A DNA stretch of 64,000 bases from assembly GCA_028718865.1 (NCBI GenBank), contig JAQUKX010000001.1, positions 67 to 64,066 of the forward strand, in the 5' to 3' direction. Within the stretch, counting starts at the first letter, position 1, and each line of letters starts with the position of its first letter. The notes under the pieces were generated by a model that saw only the letters and a program-made list of their open reading frames with translations, was not told the origin of the DNA and did no database searches. This DNA is from Patescibacteria group bacterium (GTDB taxonomy: Bacteria > Patescibacteriota > Patescibacteriia > UBA1558 > GWA2-36-10). The position numbers and the translations under genes were made by a program. This document shows, piece by piece, positions 38,960 to 47,370 of this stretch.

Positions 38960-39250
38960 ATGAACAAACAATACTTTGTTTATATTTTAGCTAGCTATAA
39001 ACACGGAACCTTGTATACAGGAATAATAAGTGATTTAAGTAAACGAATATTACAGCATAAAGAAAAATTCTATCCTCAATCTTTTACTGCTAAATACAAT
39101 ATAAATAAACTGGTTTATTATGAAATACATGAAGATCCTTATGAGGCAATATCCAGAGAAAAACAAATTAAAAACTTATTACGGATTAAAAAAATAAAAT
39201 TAATTGAAGAAAAAAATCCTAACTGGCAAGATCTACATAATGAGCTATAA
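38960..39250 (+). CDS. Small stand-alone GIY-YIG nuclease (UPF0213-like)
   Basis: FVYILAS...TLYTG...DLSKRILQHK...FTAKY...LVYYE...AISREKQIK...NPNWQDL; conserved Arg and Glu present. Confidence 0.9.
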   Translation: MNKQYFVYILASYKHGTLYTGIISDLSKRILQHKEKFYPQSFTAKYNINKLVYYEIHEDPYEAISREKQIKNLLRIKKIKLIEEKNPNWQDLHNEL

Positions 39251-39253
39251 GCC

Positions 39254-39296
39254 TGTCCTTCTGGAGCGAGCGTAGCGAGCGATAGAACCTACCATT
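39254..39296 (+). repeat. REP-like G.A-hairpin copy abutting the GIY-YIG stop codon
   Basis: TGTCCTTCTGGAGCGAGCGTAGCGAGCGATAGAACCTACCATT, separated from the TAA stop by only 3 bp. Confidence 0.9.
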
Positions 39297-39311
39297 ATTC
39301 CTTATTAAATC

Positions 39312-39341
39312 AAAAACCAGCCCATATCGGCCGGTTTTTTT
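39312..39341. terminator. Possible bidirectional terminator between convergent genes
   Basis: AAAAACCAGCC-catatc-GGCCGGTTTTTTT, an imperfect hairpin with A and T tails. Confidence 0.5.
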
Positions 39342-39344
39342 AGT

Positions 39345-41528
39345 TTAACTCCCTTCTTTCAACTCCTCCAAATGCCTGACATAATCCCCTAAAGTATCAA
39401 TCCAATCCGGATGTTCTATAAGCAAATCACTTACATAATCAATCGCTCTTTGATAATCGCCCCGAAACTCATAAATAGAAGCCAGGGAAATATGCGCCCG
39501 GATATTCAAAGGATCCAAGGGTATAGCTCTGTTTAGTAAAATCGCTTCTGCCGACTCTTCCTGATCAGCCATAAAATAATACTGCCCCAAACGCCGATAA
39601 TCCTCGGAACTAAGCGGCCCGAGCCTGGCCTCCATCTCGGCAATATAATAATTCATCTTGTCTATGTTCTTTATTCGCGCGCTGATATTGATGACATTAA
39701 AATAATCTTCCTGCCTGTTTTGAGTCAGAGACAAAATCTTTTCCAAATACTCCAAACTTTTGCCAAAATCATTTTTCAAAAAATAACTCTGTCCTAGAAG
39801 ATTATAAATTTCCACTCGCATTGGATAAAGATCAGCCACTTCTTCTAGGATGTCTATGGACTCCTGGATATAAAAGGTATTAAACCTGGCATAGGCCTGA
39901 TAGGTCTGTACCAAAAAGAAACGAGTCCTAAGCTCTCTGGGATCTTTGGCTAGTATATCTTTGAGCCGTTTTTCAGTTTCTTCAAAAATCTCATTTTGAA
40001 ACTGCAAGTCAAAATCCGGATGCTCCAATACCTGCAGAGTGTATCTGGCCAGCTGATGGGCAATTTCTACATTGCCGTAAGTATTCATATCCAAAGATTG
40101 GCGATAATAACCCAAGGTTTTGACTGGATCCACATTGTAATTTTTTATAGCCTCAATTCCCAAAATACTGGCTCGAGCCGGCCGGATAATAACGCTATAA
40201 GTGGTCAAAACCGCCAAAACCATCATCAAGCTCAAAACAATATAATAATTTTTGGCCAAAAAATTTGGCCAGCGGCAATTGTCGCTGTTGGCTGACGGCC
40301 AGAGAAAATAAGCAAAAGCCAAAAAGGGTATTAGCAAAACCCAACTGTTTAAAGTATCAAAAGCAAACAAATTGCTAACCAAATAAGCTGTCAGTAATCC
40401 TAAGCTCAAGGCCGCCAAGCCGTATTCTTCTTTGCGCCTTTTCCAAATCAAAACTCCGGCTGTCAAAAATACTCCCAAATAAGCTGCTAGCCCCAAAAAT
40501 CCCGACGACCCCAAATAGTCAAAAATAAAGCTATGTGCCCTATCAAACCACTGCTCAGTAATATCAGGGTTAAAATGCTTGTTTATGCCATAACTGATAT
40601 TTTCCGGGCCATAGCCCAAAATCGGTCTATCTTGAGCTGCCTGCCAAGTCACTTCCCAAGTAAGCAGACGATTGTTGGCACTGGAATCTTCTCGAGAAAT
40701 TGTAGTCAAGCGATTTAAAAAGAAAATATTGGAAACCAGCGGACTGTCTTTTTGCCAAAAAGCCAAACCACCCAGTACCAAAATTAAAACACTGGCTGTA
40801 TAAAAAATCTGTTTGAATTTTTTGCTGGCCTGAAAGCTATAAACCAAGGCTGCCAAAAATCCCCCTGCCAGTAGCCCCAAAATACTGCCGCGGGAAGCAT
40901 TGGCCAAAAGCACTATCAAAAATAAAGCAGCCGAGGCCAGATAAAACATCTGCCATTTTCTCTGTCTATCCCAATAGTACAAAATCAAAGCCAGAAAAAT
41001 ATTGATCATCAAATAAGAACCCAGAAAAACCGTATTGCCTACGGTGCTGGCATTGTTGAAAAAATCCGCTCTCACCCCCCAGCGATAAAATAAAGTAAAC
41101 AAAGCTATCAAATTAGCTGCTATCAAGCCCGCTCGCCAAAACCAAAGCCAAGCGCTCTTTTCTTTCAGGATCATCAACAGCGTCCAAAAATACAAAGTCA
41201 AAAACAAAAAATGGGACAAGCCGTCCATGCGCTCATAGTTGCCCCAAAAGCTATTGTAAAAATTGACGCCAAATATTGAGGCCAAGGCCTGCACTAGGAC
41301 AAAAACCAGCCAAGCTCCAAATATATAATTCTTTTTTCTTATTCCTTCTTGTGCTCGCAAACCCCAAGCCAGTGCCAGCAAAAAAACTATCAAGACCAAG
41401 GCTCTAAAAACAAAATTCTTAAAACCAATGTAGGGAAAAATAAAACTGGAACTCACCAGTAACGGCGTAAACAAAATCAAACACAACCCCACCTTAGCCA
41501 ACCACTGTTCTTTATTTACTATTTTCAT
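39345..41528 (-). CDS. O-antigen ligase/Wzy_C family membrane protein with C-terminal TPR-like region (candidate protein O-oligosaccharyltransferase)
   Basis: About 12 TMs; STVGN, ASRGSILGL, RLLTW, RPILGYGPEN, FDRAHS (conserved His); helical TPR-like tail. Confidence 0.85.
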   Translation of the reverse strand: MKIVNKEQWLAKVGLCLILFTPLLVSSSFIFPYIGFKNFVFRALVLIVFLLALAWGLRAQEGIRKKNYIFGAWLVFVLVQALASIFGVNFYNSFWGNYERMDGLSHFLFLTLYFWTLLMILKEKSAWLWFWRAGLIAANLIALFTLFYRWGVRADFFNNASTVGNTVFLGSYLMINIFLALILYYWDRQRKWQMFYLASAALFLIVLLANASRGSILGLLAGGFLAALVYSFQASKKFKQIFYTASVLILVLGGLAFWQKDSPLVSNIFFLNRLTTISREDSSANNRLLTWEVTWQAAQDRPILGYGPENISYGINKHFNPDITEQWFDRAHSFIFDYLGSSGFLGLAAYLGVFLTAGVLIWKRRKEEYGLAALSLGLLTAYLVSNLFAFDTLNSWVLLIPFLAFAYFLWPSANSDNCRWPNFLAKNYYIVLSLMMVLAVLTTYSVIIRPARASILGIEAIKNYNVDPVKTLGYYRQSLDMNTYGNVEIAHQLARYTLQVLEHPDFDLQFQNEIFEETEKRLKDILAKDPRELRTRFFLVQTYQAYARFNTFYIQESIDILEEVADLYPMRVEIYNLLGQSYFLKNDFGKSLEYLEKILSLTQNRQEDYFNVINISARIKNIDKMNYYIAEMEARLGPLSSEDYRRLGQYYFMADQEESAEAILLNRAIPLDPLNIRAHISLASIYEFRGDYQRAIDYVSDLLIEHPDWIDTLGDYVRHLEELKEGS

Positions 41529-41546
41529 AACTTAATTTATTTTACT

Positions 41547-41727
41547 TGTCATTGCCGAGCGAGGCGGGCGTATGCTCATCCACTTGTCATTCTGGAGCGA
41601 GCGTAGCGAGCGATAGAATCCACCATTGTCATTCTGGAGCGAGCGTAGCGAGCGATAGAATCCACCATTGTCATTCTGGAGCGAGCGTAGCGAGCGATAG
41701 AACCTACCATTGCCCTTACCTCAAAGC
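41547..41727 (+). repeat. REP-like repeat cluster 4: three head-to-tail 42-bp units
   Basis: Units start at 41585, 41627 and 41669 with no spacers; degenerate units on both flanks. Confidence 0.92.
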
Positions 41728-41740
41728 ACAAACAAAACCC

Positions 41741-42511
41741 CTACTCCAAATCCAAAAGCATCTGCAAACGATCTATTTCCTGTTGCTCTAGACTGCCCAC
41801 TACCTTTTCATACTCCCGCCACATTTCCACTGCCCTTGAATAATCCTGCTTAGTTCTTTCCAGATAATAAGCATATTCTTTATAAATATTCCTTCTGGTA
41901 GCCGAATTTTTGATGCCTGTCTGATAAATATCATCAGCCTTGAGCGGATCATTGGAATAACTGACATACAGACTAGCCAGTCGTGTATAAGTCTGCTCCT
42001 CATTAGGATAAAGCTCCAGCGCTCTATAGAGATGTTTAGCTGACTCCTGATATTGCCCCATCATTACATAAAGCGTGGATAAACTAATTATAGTTTTATA
42101 ATCTTCCGGCCATTTTTCCAGCAAGCGGAAATAATGCTCCTCAGCCAGAGCATTTTGCCCCAGCAAATAATAATTATAAGCGATCATATAATAATCCTCT
42201 TTGAGATCAGTAAACTGGGGCTGGGAAGGCTCATTGCTCTCTATTGCTGCCTCTGACTTGGCGATTTCCGCCATGACCATAGCCTTGAAATCTTCCGGCG
42301 GCTCTACTGCCCCTACCTCTATTCTCTCTGGATTATTTTCGAAATATTTTTGAGCATCAGCTGAGTCAAAAAACGCCTCTTGTTGGCTGTCTTGAGCTCT
42401 CTGATAGCTGTTATAAGCCCAAATTATGCCAATAGCGAGTATAATGGCCAAAACCAACAACCAAATGCCTTTTGGTCTGTTTTTTGCCTGATTTATTTCA
42501 TTACTTTCCAT
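41741..42511 (-). CDS. Membrane-anchored tetratricopeptide repeat protein
   Basis: N-terminal TM; TPR-like units (YYLLGQNALAEEHY, YVMMGQYQESAKHLYRALELYP). Confidence 0.8.
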   Translation of the reverse strand: MESNEINQAKNRPKGIWLLVLAIILAIGIIWAYNSYQRAQDSQQEAFFDSADAQKYFENNPERIEVGAVEPPEDFKAMVMAEIAKSEAAIESNEPSQPQFTDLKEDYYMIAYNYYLLGQNALAEEHYFRLLEKWPEDYKTIISLSTLYVMMGQYQESAKHLYRALELYPNEEQTYTRLASLYVSYSNDPLKADDIYQTGIKNSATRRNIYKEYAYYLERTKQDYSRAVEMWREYEKVVGSLEQQEIDRLQMLLDLE

Positions 42512-42577
42512 ATTTTTTACTTCAATAATTTCTTAATTTCACTGCTACAATATATCAAAAATAACACCATTAGGCAA

Positions 42578-42772
42578 TGTCATTAAGCCTGTCATTCTGG
42601 AGGGAGTCGGGCGTATGCCCGACGACCGATAGAATCCACCATCTGTCATTCTGGAGCGAACGCAGTGAGCGATAGAATCTACTTGTCATTCTGGAGCGAA
42701 CGCAGTGAGCGATAGAATCCACCATTGTCTCTGCCTCAAAGTATCGAGTAATAAAACCCGTCTGTCATCCCG
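42578..42772 (+). repeat. REP-like repeat cluster 5
   Basis: Long-stem variant at 42590, two GAACGCAGTGA variants at 42644 and 42684, plus partial units. Confidence 0.9.
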
Positions 42773-42780
42773 CCCCAAAA

Positions 42781-42818
42781 ACAAAGCCCAGCCTCTCGCG
42801 AGAGGCTGGGTACTTTGT
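42781..42818 (-). terminator. Intrinsic terminator of the large surface-protein gene
   Basis: Palindrome CCCAGCCTCTCGCGAGAGGCTGGG (42787-42810) followed on minus by CTTTGTTTTT. Confidence 0.8.
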
Positions 42819-42860
42819 CTTCCTTAACTAAGTCAGGAAATACCTTACTAGCTCAAACTA

Positions 42861-45800
42861 TTACAGAGTAACTGCAATTGTTTGGGTGTCGGTTGGTAAG
42901 TTCTTGACATAAGTGGAATCTAGCCAGTCTGAAGATGTTCCGTCTGCCAAGTGAGGCACAGCAGAACGATCAGACCAGATAAAGCCAGTTTCGTAAAGGC
43001 TGATTAGAGTATAAGTAGTAGAAGTACCAGCTGTAGCTGCGGCTGCTGAAGCATTGATATAAGTACTCAATTGCTTATAACCTGATCCATCTAAGCCAAT
43101 ACCTGCCTTCAATTCATAGGTCTGGCTAGCGCCAGCAGCAATAGTCTGCTCCTGGGTAGTAGTGACAGTAATCAAGCTACCGCTTGGTGTCCAGCTGACA
43201 TTTGACTCGTTCAAAGCTGAGGAGTCTCCCTGTTTGTACAACTTGACGCTATTGGCATCAATAGTCACGCCAATTGAGGAAGCTGTAGTAAAGGAAATTT
43301 GTCTCCAGCTTAGAGGAGCTACGGCATCAGCCGTGACGGTAAAGCGGGAAATAGTCTGAGTGCCTCCAGCCAAAATAGTGGTAGGCAAAGCGGCCAAGGT
43401 AATAGTTGGCTTAGTAGCTCTCACTATCATGGAATTACCATTAACGGGACCTCCCGTGTAAGTATATCCTGTCACACCAGATGACTCGCCCTGGGCACTA
43501 AAGACAGTGGCACTGCCAGTAGAAGCCACTAGGTCTAATCTAGCTGAATTACCTGATACTCCGCCTTGGTTGGCAATAGTGGTCAAGTCAGCTTTGACGG
43601 TTAATACCGCTGTGCTGTCTTTAGCCACATACATACCTAGATTGTAGAACTGAGCTACTCCACTTCCGTCCAAGTATCCATAAGCAGTGGCCGTACCGGT
43701 CTTAGTTGGGTATTCTAGTACTACTCTAGAAATTGTGGCTGCTACACCACTAGCACCGGTAATCTGCAAAGTGTTGATGAAATGCGCTTCGTTTGTAGCG
43801 CTAAATTCAACAGCATTGAGAGTAACGGCTGGCAATCCAGCTACCACAATAGTAGCATCTGGTCGGCTGCCAGCAGCATTAGCTGTAACAGCTCCAGCAG
43901 CAATTGCCATGGTCTGCAAAGTATCTCCGGCGGCAACCTGATTAGTGTTGGTCACTTTAGAAGTACCCTCACCAGCTACTACCAAAGTAATAACAGCTGA
44001 TGGTAGTCCTGATTTGACATCTGCATAGACATCCACCACTTTACTCTGACCAGCATTGAGCGACAGCTTATTGCCGACATTGAAGGTAGTAGTGCCTGAA
44101 GTAGGCATAGTCACGCGGGTAGCCAATTCAGTAGTACCCTGCATCAATTTGACATTGGATACTTCGCCAGAAGTAGCTCCGCTTAGGTAAATGACATTGA
44201 CGTCAATACCTTCAGTAGCACCAGCGCTCACAGTAAATGCGCCAATTCTGGCATTGAGAGCTGGCGAAGTTACATTTTGGTTACCATAAGCAGCAAACTT
44301 AGCCATAGACAATGCTGATTCAGTAACAGTCAAGGTATTACCTTCTGCTCCAGGCACAGTGACTGTCTGCAAGGAAACTTGTCCTTGAGCGTCATTGCCA
44401 GCACTGATTTCTACTTTTACCAATCCACTGGTAATGTCTACACCAGTAGCTGTCTTGATATCCGCATAGATATCCAGCATTTTGGCTGTACCAGCTGGCA
44501 CAATCAAGCTAGAGCCAAAAGTAAAGTTGACATCGGTATCTTCAGTCAAGTTCCTAGTAGAACCAACTTGTACACCATCAAAATAAACTTTACCGTTTTG
44601 TAAACCGCCATTAAGAGCAATAGAAGTAGTGGCTTTTACATTCAAGCTCCTAACTCTTACATCCTCACCAGAAGCCTCTACCTTAAAGGTAGCCAATTTT
44701 ACATTGGTGGCCTTAGCTGCTACTTGTCCGCTAGGAGAAGTATTGTCTCTGACTATGGACAAAGTACCAGCTTGGATTTCAAATTGTCCAGAAGCAGTCA
44801 AAGCTGACCATGAAGTGCTGCCAGAAGTAAATGACTGGGTAAACACTCCATAACCCATGTCTTTGACTATGATGTCAGAAGCATCTCGGACATCAAATTT
44901 AAATGTTCGAGTAGATCCTTTGACAATGTCAATTACCATGGACAAGGTGCGAGTATTGCCTTTGGCAATAGCATAAGGAGAATTGGACAAGTCAAAGAAA
45001 ACCTCTCCGTCCGCATTCATAGTAGCTGTGCCAATAGTAACACCGGCTACTTGCAAGCGGAAATTATCCACATCACCTACGCCAATACTGCCGATTTTGG
45101 TCAAACGCAATCCATGTAAGTGAAGATCCTGATCAGTAGCAGTTAAGCTGATTTTGAAAGCTTCAAAATCTTTTTCATCGGAATTAACCTCAACTGTTCC
45201 AGTTGGGATCATAGTACCGGTGATAACTGCATAGCCAAGATCAGTTGCTTGAGCAGTGCTCATCACATTACCGACCAAAGGATAAGAGCCGGATAGTGAA
45301 GAAGCATTGCTTACTACTTCAGTCAAGTTAAAACCAATGGTCTTACTGGCTGAAGTTGGAACTTCCAAATCAGCTTTTAGCCAGACAGTTCTGGTAGCTC
45401 CAGCTGGAATGGTGATAATACCACTAGCTGAAGTGTCATTGAAGGTCAAAATCTTGGAAGATAGCGAACCTCCTTCTACCAATCTTTCACTGCCATAATA
45501 CAAATAGGCATTGCGAATGTCGCTGTCAGCGGAAATGCCTGTTCTCTCAAATTTCATTTGAGTGACCCTGACACTGCCAGCTGAAGAAGCAGTCAAGTTC
45601 ACTGCCAAAAATGGCACTAAAGCTTGAGCAGTGTTACTATCATCAGAAATGATAGTGGCTGACACTGGGTTGTTGGCTGACATAGATAGAGTCAAGCCAC
45701 CAGCTGGTGTAACCGGAGTAGAGCCTTCGGCCGGCATAAATCCGGACAAAGCTACTTCCTCACCAGTGATGGATGATCCCATGCTCCAGCCGGAAACATT

Positions 45801-46418
45801 GGGCACGCTGATGACATTGCTGTATTTGAAGCCATTGACTTCAAAAGCATCGGCATCGGCAAATGGCCTTACCTGGCTGCTGCTGGAGACATAGTAAATG
45901 TCTGAACCAACCTGCAACAAGGTTCCGATTGGGTGGGTGCTTCCCAAATCAGATCCAGCTACATAGCTGGATGAGAAATAGCCCGGAATTACATCCATTA
46001 CTCTGGAAGCCCAGTTGGCTCCATAGAGATTTGAGGCTACTTCAGCTGTAGGAATCCAGCGGATGACTCCGCCCGGCTCCACAGCGTAAACGCGAGCTGT
46101 ATTCTCGTGGGTAATCAATTTGGTACCAGCACGATAGGTGACAGCTCCGCCGTCTGGATACATATCCAGCTCGGCTACGCTTACTCTGACTACGTCATTG
46201 AAGTTCTCATACCAAGTGAAATAAGTCTTGGCATCAGGAAAGACATATTTCCTTCCATCAGAACCAATGTAGTAGACAGCTGCATCCTTAGCGCCTTGTA
46301 GAGCAAGCAAAGATCCTGCTCCATAGCTACCAGCTGCATCTACTTTTAGTCCTCCAAGGGACCATAGGACAGTGGTAAGCATCAAAGCGAAAACAAGAAA
46401 TCTTTTTGTTAAATTCAT
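42861..46418 (-). CDS. Large secreted S-layer-like surface protein
   Basis: Signal peptide ending VDAA; three N-terminal ~60-aa repeats (VYYIGSDGRKYVF, VYAVEPGGVIRWI, IYYVSSSSQVRPF); then Thr/Ser/Gly/Ala-rich beta-sandwich-like repeats; no Cys. S-layer role is inferred. Confidence 0.65.
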   Translation of the reverse strand: MNLTKRFLVFALMLTTVLWSLGGLKVDAAGSYGAGSLLALQGAKDAAVYYIGSDGRKYVFPDAKTYFTWYENFNDVVRVSVAELDMYPDGGAVTYRAGTKLITHENTARVYAVEPGGVIRWIPTAEVASNLYGANWASRVMDVIPGYFSSSYVAGSDLGSTHPIGTLLQVGSDIYYVSSSSQVRPFADADAFEVNGFKYSNVISVPNVSGWSMGSSITGEEVALSGFMPAEGSTPVTPAGGLTLSMSANNPVSATIISDDSNTAQALVPFLAVNLTASSAGSVRVTQMKFERTGISADSDIRNAYLYYGSERLVEGGSLSSKILTFNDTSASGIITIPAGATRTVWLKADLEVPTSASKTIGFNLTEVVSNASSLSGSYPLVGNVMSTAQATDLGYAVITGTMIPTGTVEVNSDEKDFEAFKISLTATDQDLHLHGLRLTKIGSIGVGDVDNFRLQVAGVTIGTATMNADGEVFFDLSNSPYAIAKGNTRTLSMVIDIVKGSTRTFKFDVRDASDIIVKDMGYGVFTQSFTSGSTSWSALTASGQFEIQAGTLSIVRDNTSPSGQVAAKATNVKLATFKVEASGEDVRVRSLNVKATTSIALNGGLQNGKVYFDGVQVGSTRNLTEDTDVNFTFGSSLIVPAGTAKMLDIYADIKTATGVDITSGLVKVEISAGNDAQGQVSLQTVTVPGAEGNTLTVTESALSMAKFAAYGNQNVTSPALNARIGAFTVSAGATEGIDVNVIYLSGATSGEVSNVKLMQGTTELATRVTMPTSGTTTFNVGNKLSLNAGQSKVVDVYADVKSGLPSAVITLVVAGEGTSKVTNTNQVAAGDTLQTMAIAAGAVTANAAGSRPDATIVVAGLPAVTLNAVEFSATNEAHFINTLQITGASGVAATISRVVLEYPTKTGTATAYGYLDGSGVAQFYNLGMYVAKDSTAVLTVKADLTTIANQGGVSGNSARLDLVASTGSATVFSAQGESSGVTGYTYTGGPVNGNSMIVRATKPTITLAALPTTILAGGTQTISRFTVTADAVAPLSWRQISFTTASSIGVTIDANSVKLYKQGDSSALNESNVSWTPSGSLITVTTTQEQTIAAGASQTYELKAGIGLDGSGYKQLSTYINASAAAATAGTSTTYTLISLYETGFIWSDRSAVPHLADGTSSDWLDSTYVKNLPTDTQTIAVTL

Positions 46419-46745
46419 TTTGTCTTCTTTTGTTAACTTGTTCGCTAAACCATGTTTTTCCTTCTATTTTATGGACATCTGCTTGCCTCGGGCAAGCTGA
46501 CTAAAACCATCGCGCCAGGTCCCTCGGAAAAATCCGAGCCGACCTTTCAGGCCCCTGGACCGACAGGCCCAAAAAACGAGGGGGAAAAGCAAAATGTTTA
46601 GGAACATTAATTAGATCCCGCAAGCAAAGCACCGCTTTCTGCCTTCTTAAGTAAAGCTTTGGCGGCGACCTTGTCCTTTTTGGACAAAATCTTACGGGGA
46701 TAACCCCTAAATCGCGCGCGATTAAGCGATAAGTTAGGGATATTA
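46419..46745 (-). ncRNA. Candidate structured cis-leader RNA upstream of the surface protein
   Basis: GC-richer than surroundings, at least six hairpins with G.U pairs that only work on minus; no known RNA family recognised. Confidence 0.45.
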
Positions 46746-46750
46746 GCTTT

Positions 46751-46959
46751 TGTCATTCTGGAGCGAGCGTAGCGACCATCTGTCATTCTGGAGCGAGCGT
46801 AGCGAGCGATAGAATCTACCATTGTCTCTGCCTCAAAGCACCGAGCGATAGAATCTACAGACCGTTCCTTTCAGTCATTCCCGTCCCCGCCTTCGCGGGG
46901 ATAAACTCCAGCGGGAATCTACTTTGAGATAAAGAGAATCGATAGAATCCACTTGTCAT
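46751..46959 (+). repeat. REP-like repeat cluster 6
   Basis: Truncated copy at 46751, full copy at 46781, degenerate unit, nested ATTCCCG unit at 46873. Confidence 0.9.
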
Positions 46960-47043
46960 CAGACAAATCCAGACAAAAACTCATACCCTCAACCTAACGC
47001 TTCTGGCGTGACTAGCGCCAATCGCGTCTGTTAAGAGGTTTGT

Positions 47044-47072
47044 ATTATAAATTATTAAATAACTATTATCAT
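47044..47072 (-). promoter_or_regulatory. Putative sigma70 promoter for the surface-protein leader
   Basis: Minus strand ATGATA-N17-TATAAT, followed within a few nt by a long hairpin. Confidence 0.5.
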
Positions 47073-47084
47073 TGCGATGCCAAT

Positions 47085-47356
47085 CGTAGCGACCACCTGT
47101 CATTCTGGAGCGAGCGTAGCGAGCGATAGAATCTACCATTGTCTCTGCCTCAAAGCACCGAGCGATAGAATCTACCATTGTCTCTGCCTCAAAGCACCGA
47201 GCGATAGAATCTACAGACCATTCCTTTCAGTCATTCCCGTCCCCGCCTTCGCGGGGATAAACTCCAGCGACCTTCTTTTCAGTCATTCCCGCGAAAGCGG
47301 GAATCTACTTTGAGATAAAGAGAATCGATAGAATCTACCATTGTCTCTGCCTCAAA
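47085..47356 (+). repeat. REP-like repeat cluster 7 (near-duplicate of cluster 6)
   Basis: Same module order as 46768-46949, with two internal expansions. Confidence 0.9.
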
Positions 47357-47370
47357 TATAACCCACTCTC

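Noticed and set aside
41585-41710. Three 42-bp direct repeats that could be called a mini CRISPR array
   Set aside because: Units are head-to-tail with no unique spacers, the same unit is dispersed in many intergenic sites, and no cas genes are present
46419-46745. RNase P RNA, SRP RNA, tmRNA or tRNA as the identity of the structured region
   Set aside because: No GAGGAAAGUCC, no SRP domain IV GGAA/GCAG motif, and no tRNA-like T-arm or CCA end on either strand
41546-47313. Short ORFs 41546-41791, 46607-46822, 46981-47178 and 47077-47313 with repeated CHSGASVASDRI / MVDSIARYARSRMT peptides
   Set aside because: They are translations of the REP-like repeats and the structured leader, not independent genes
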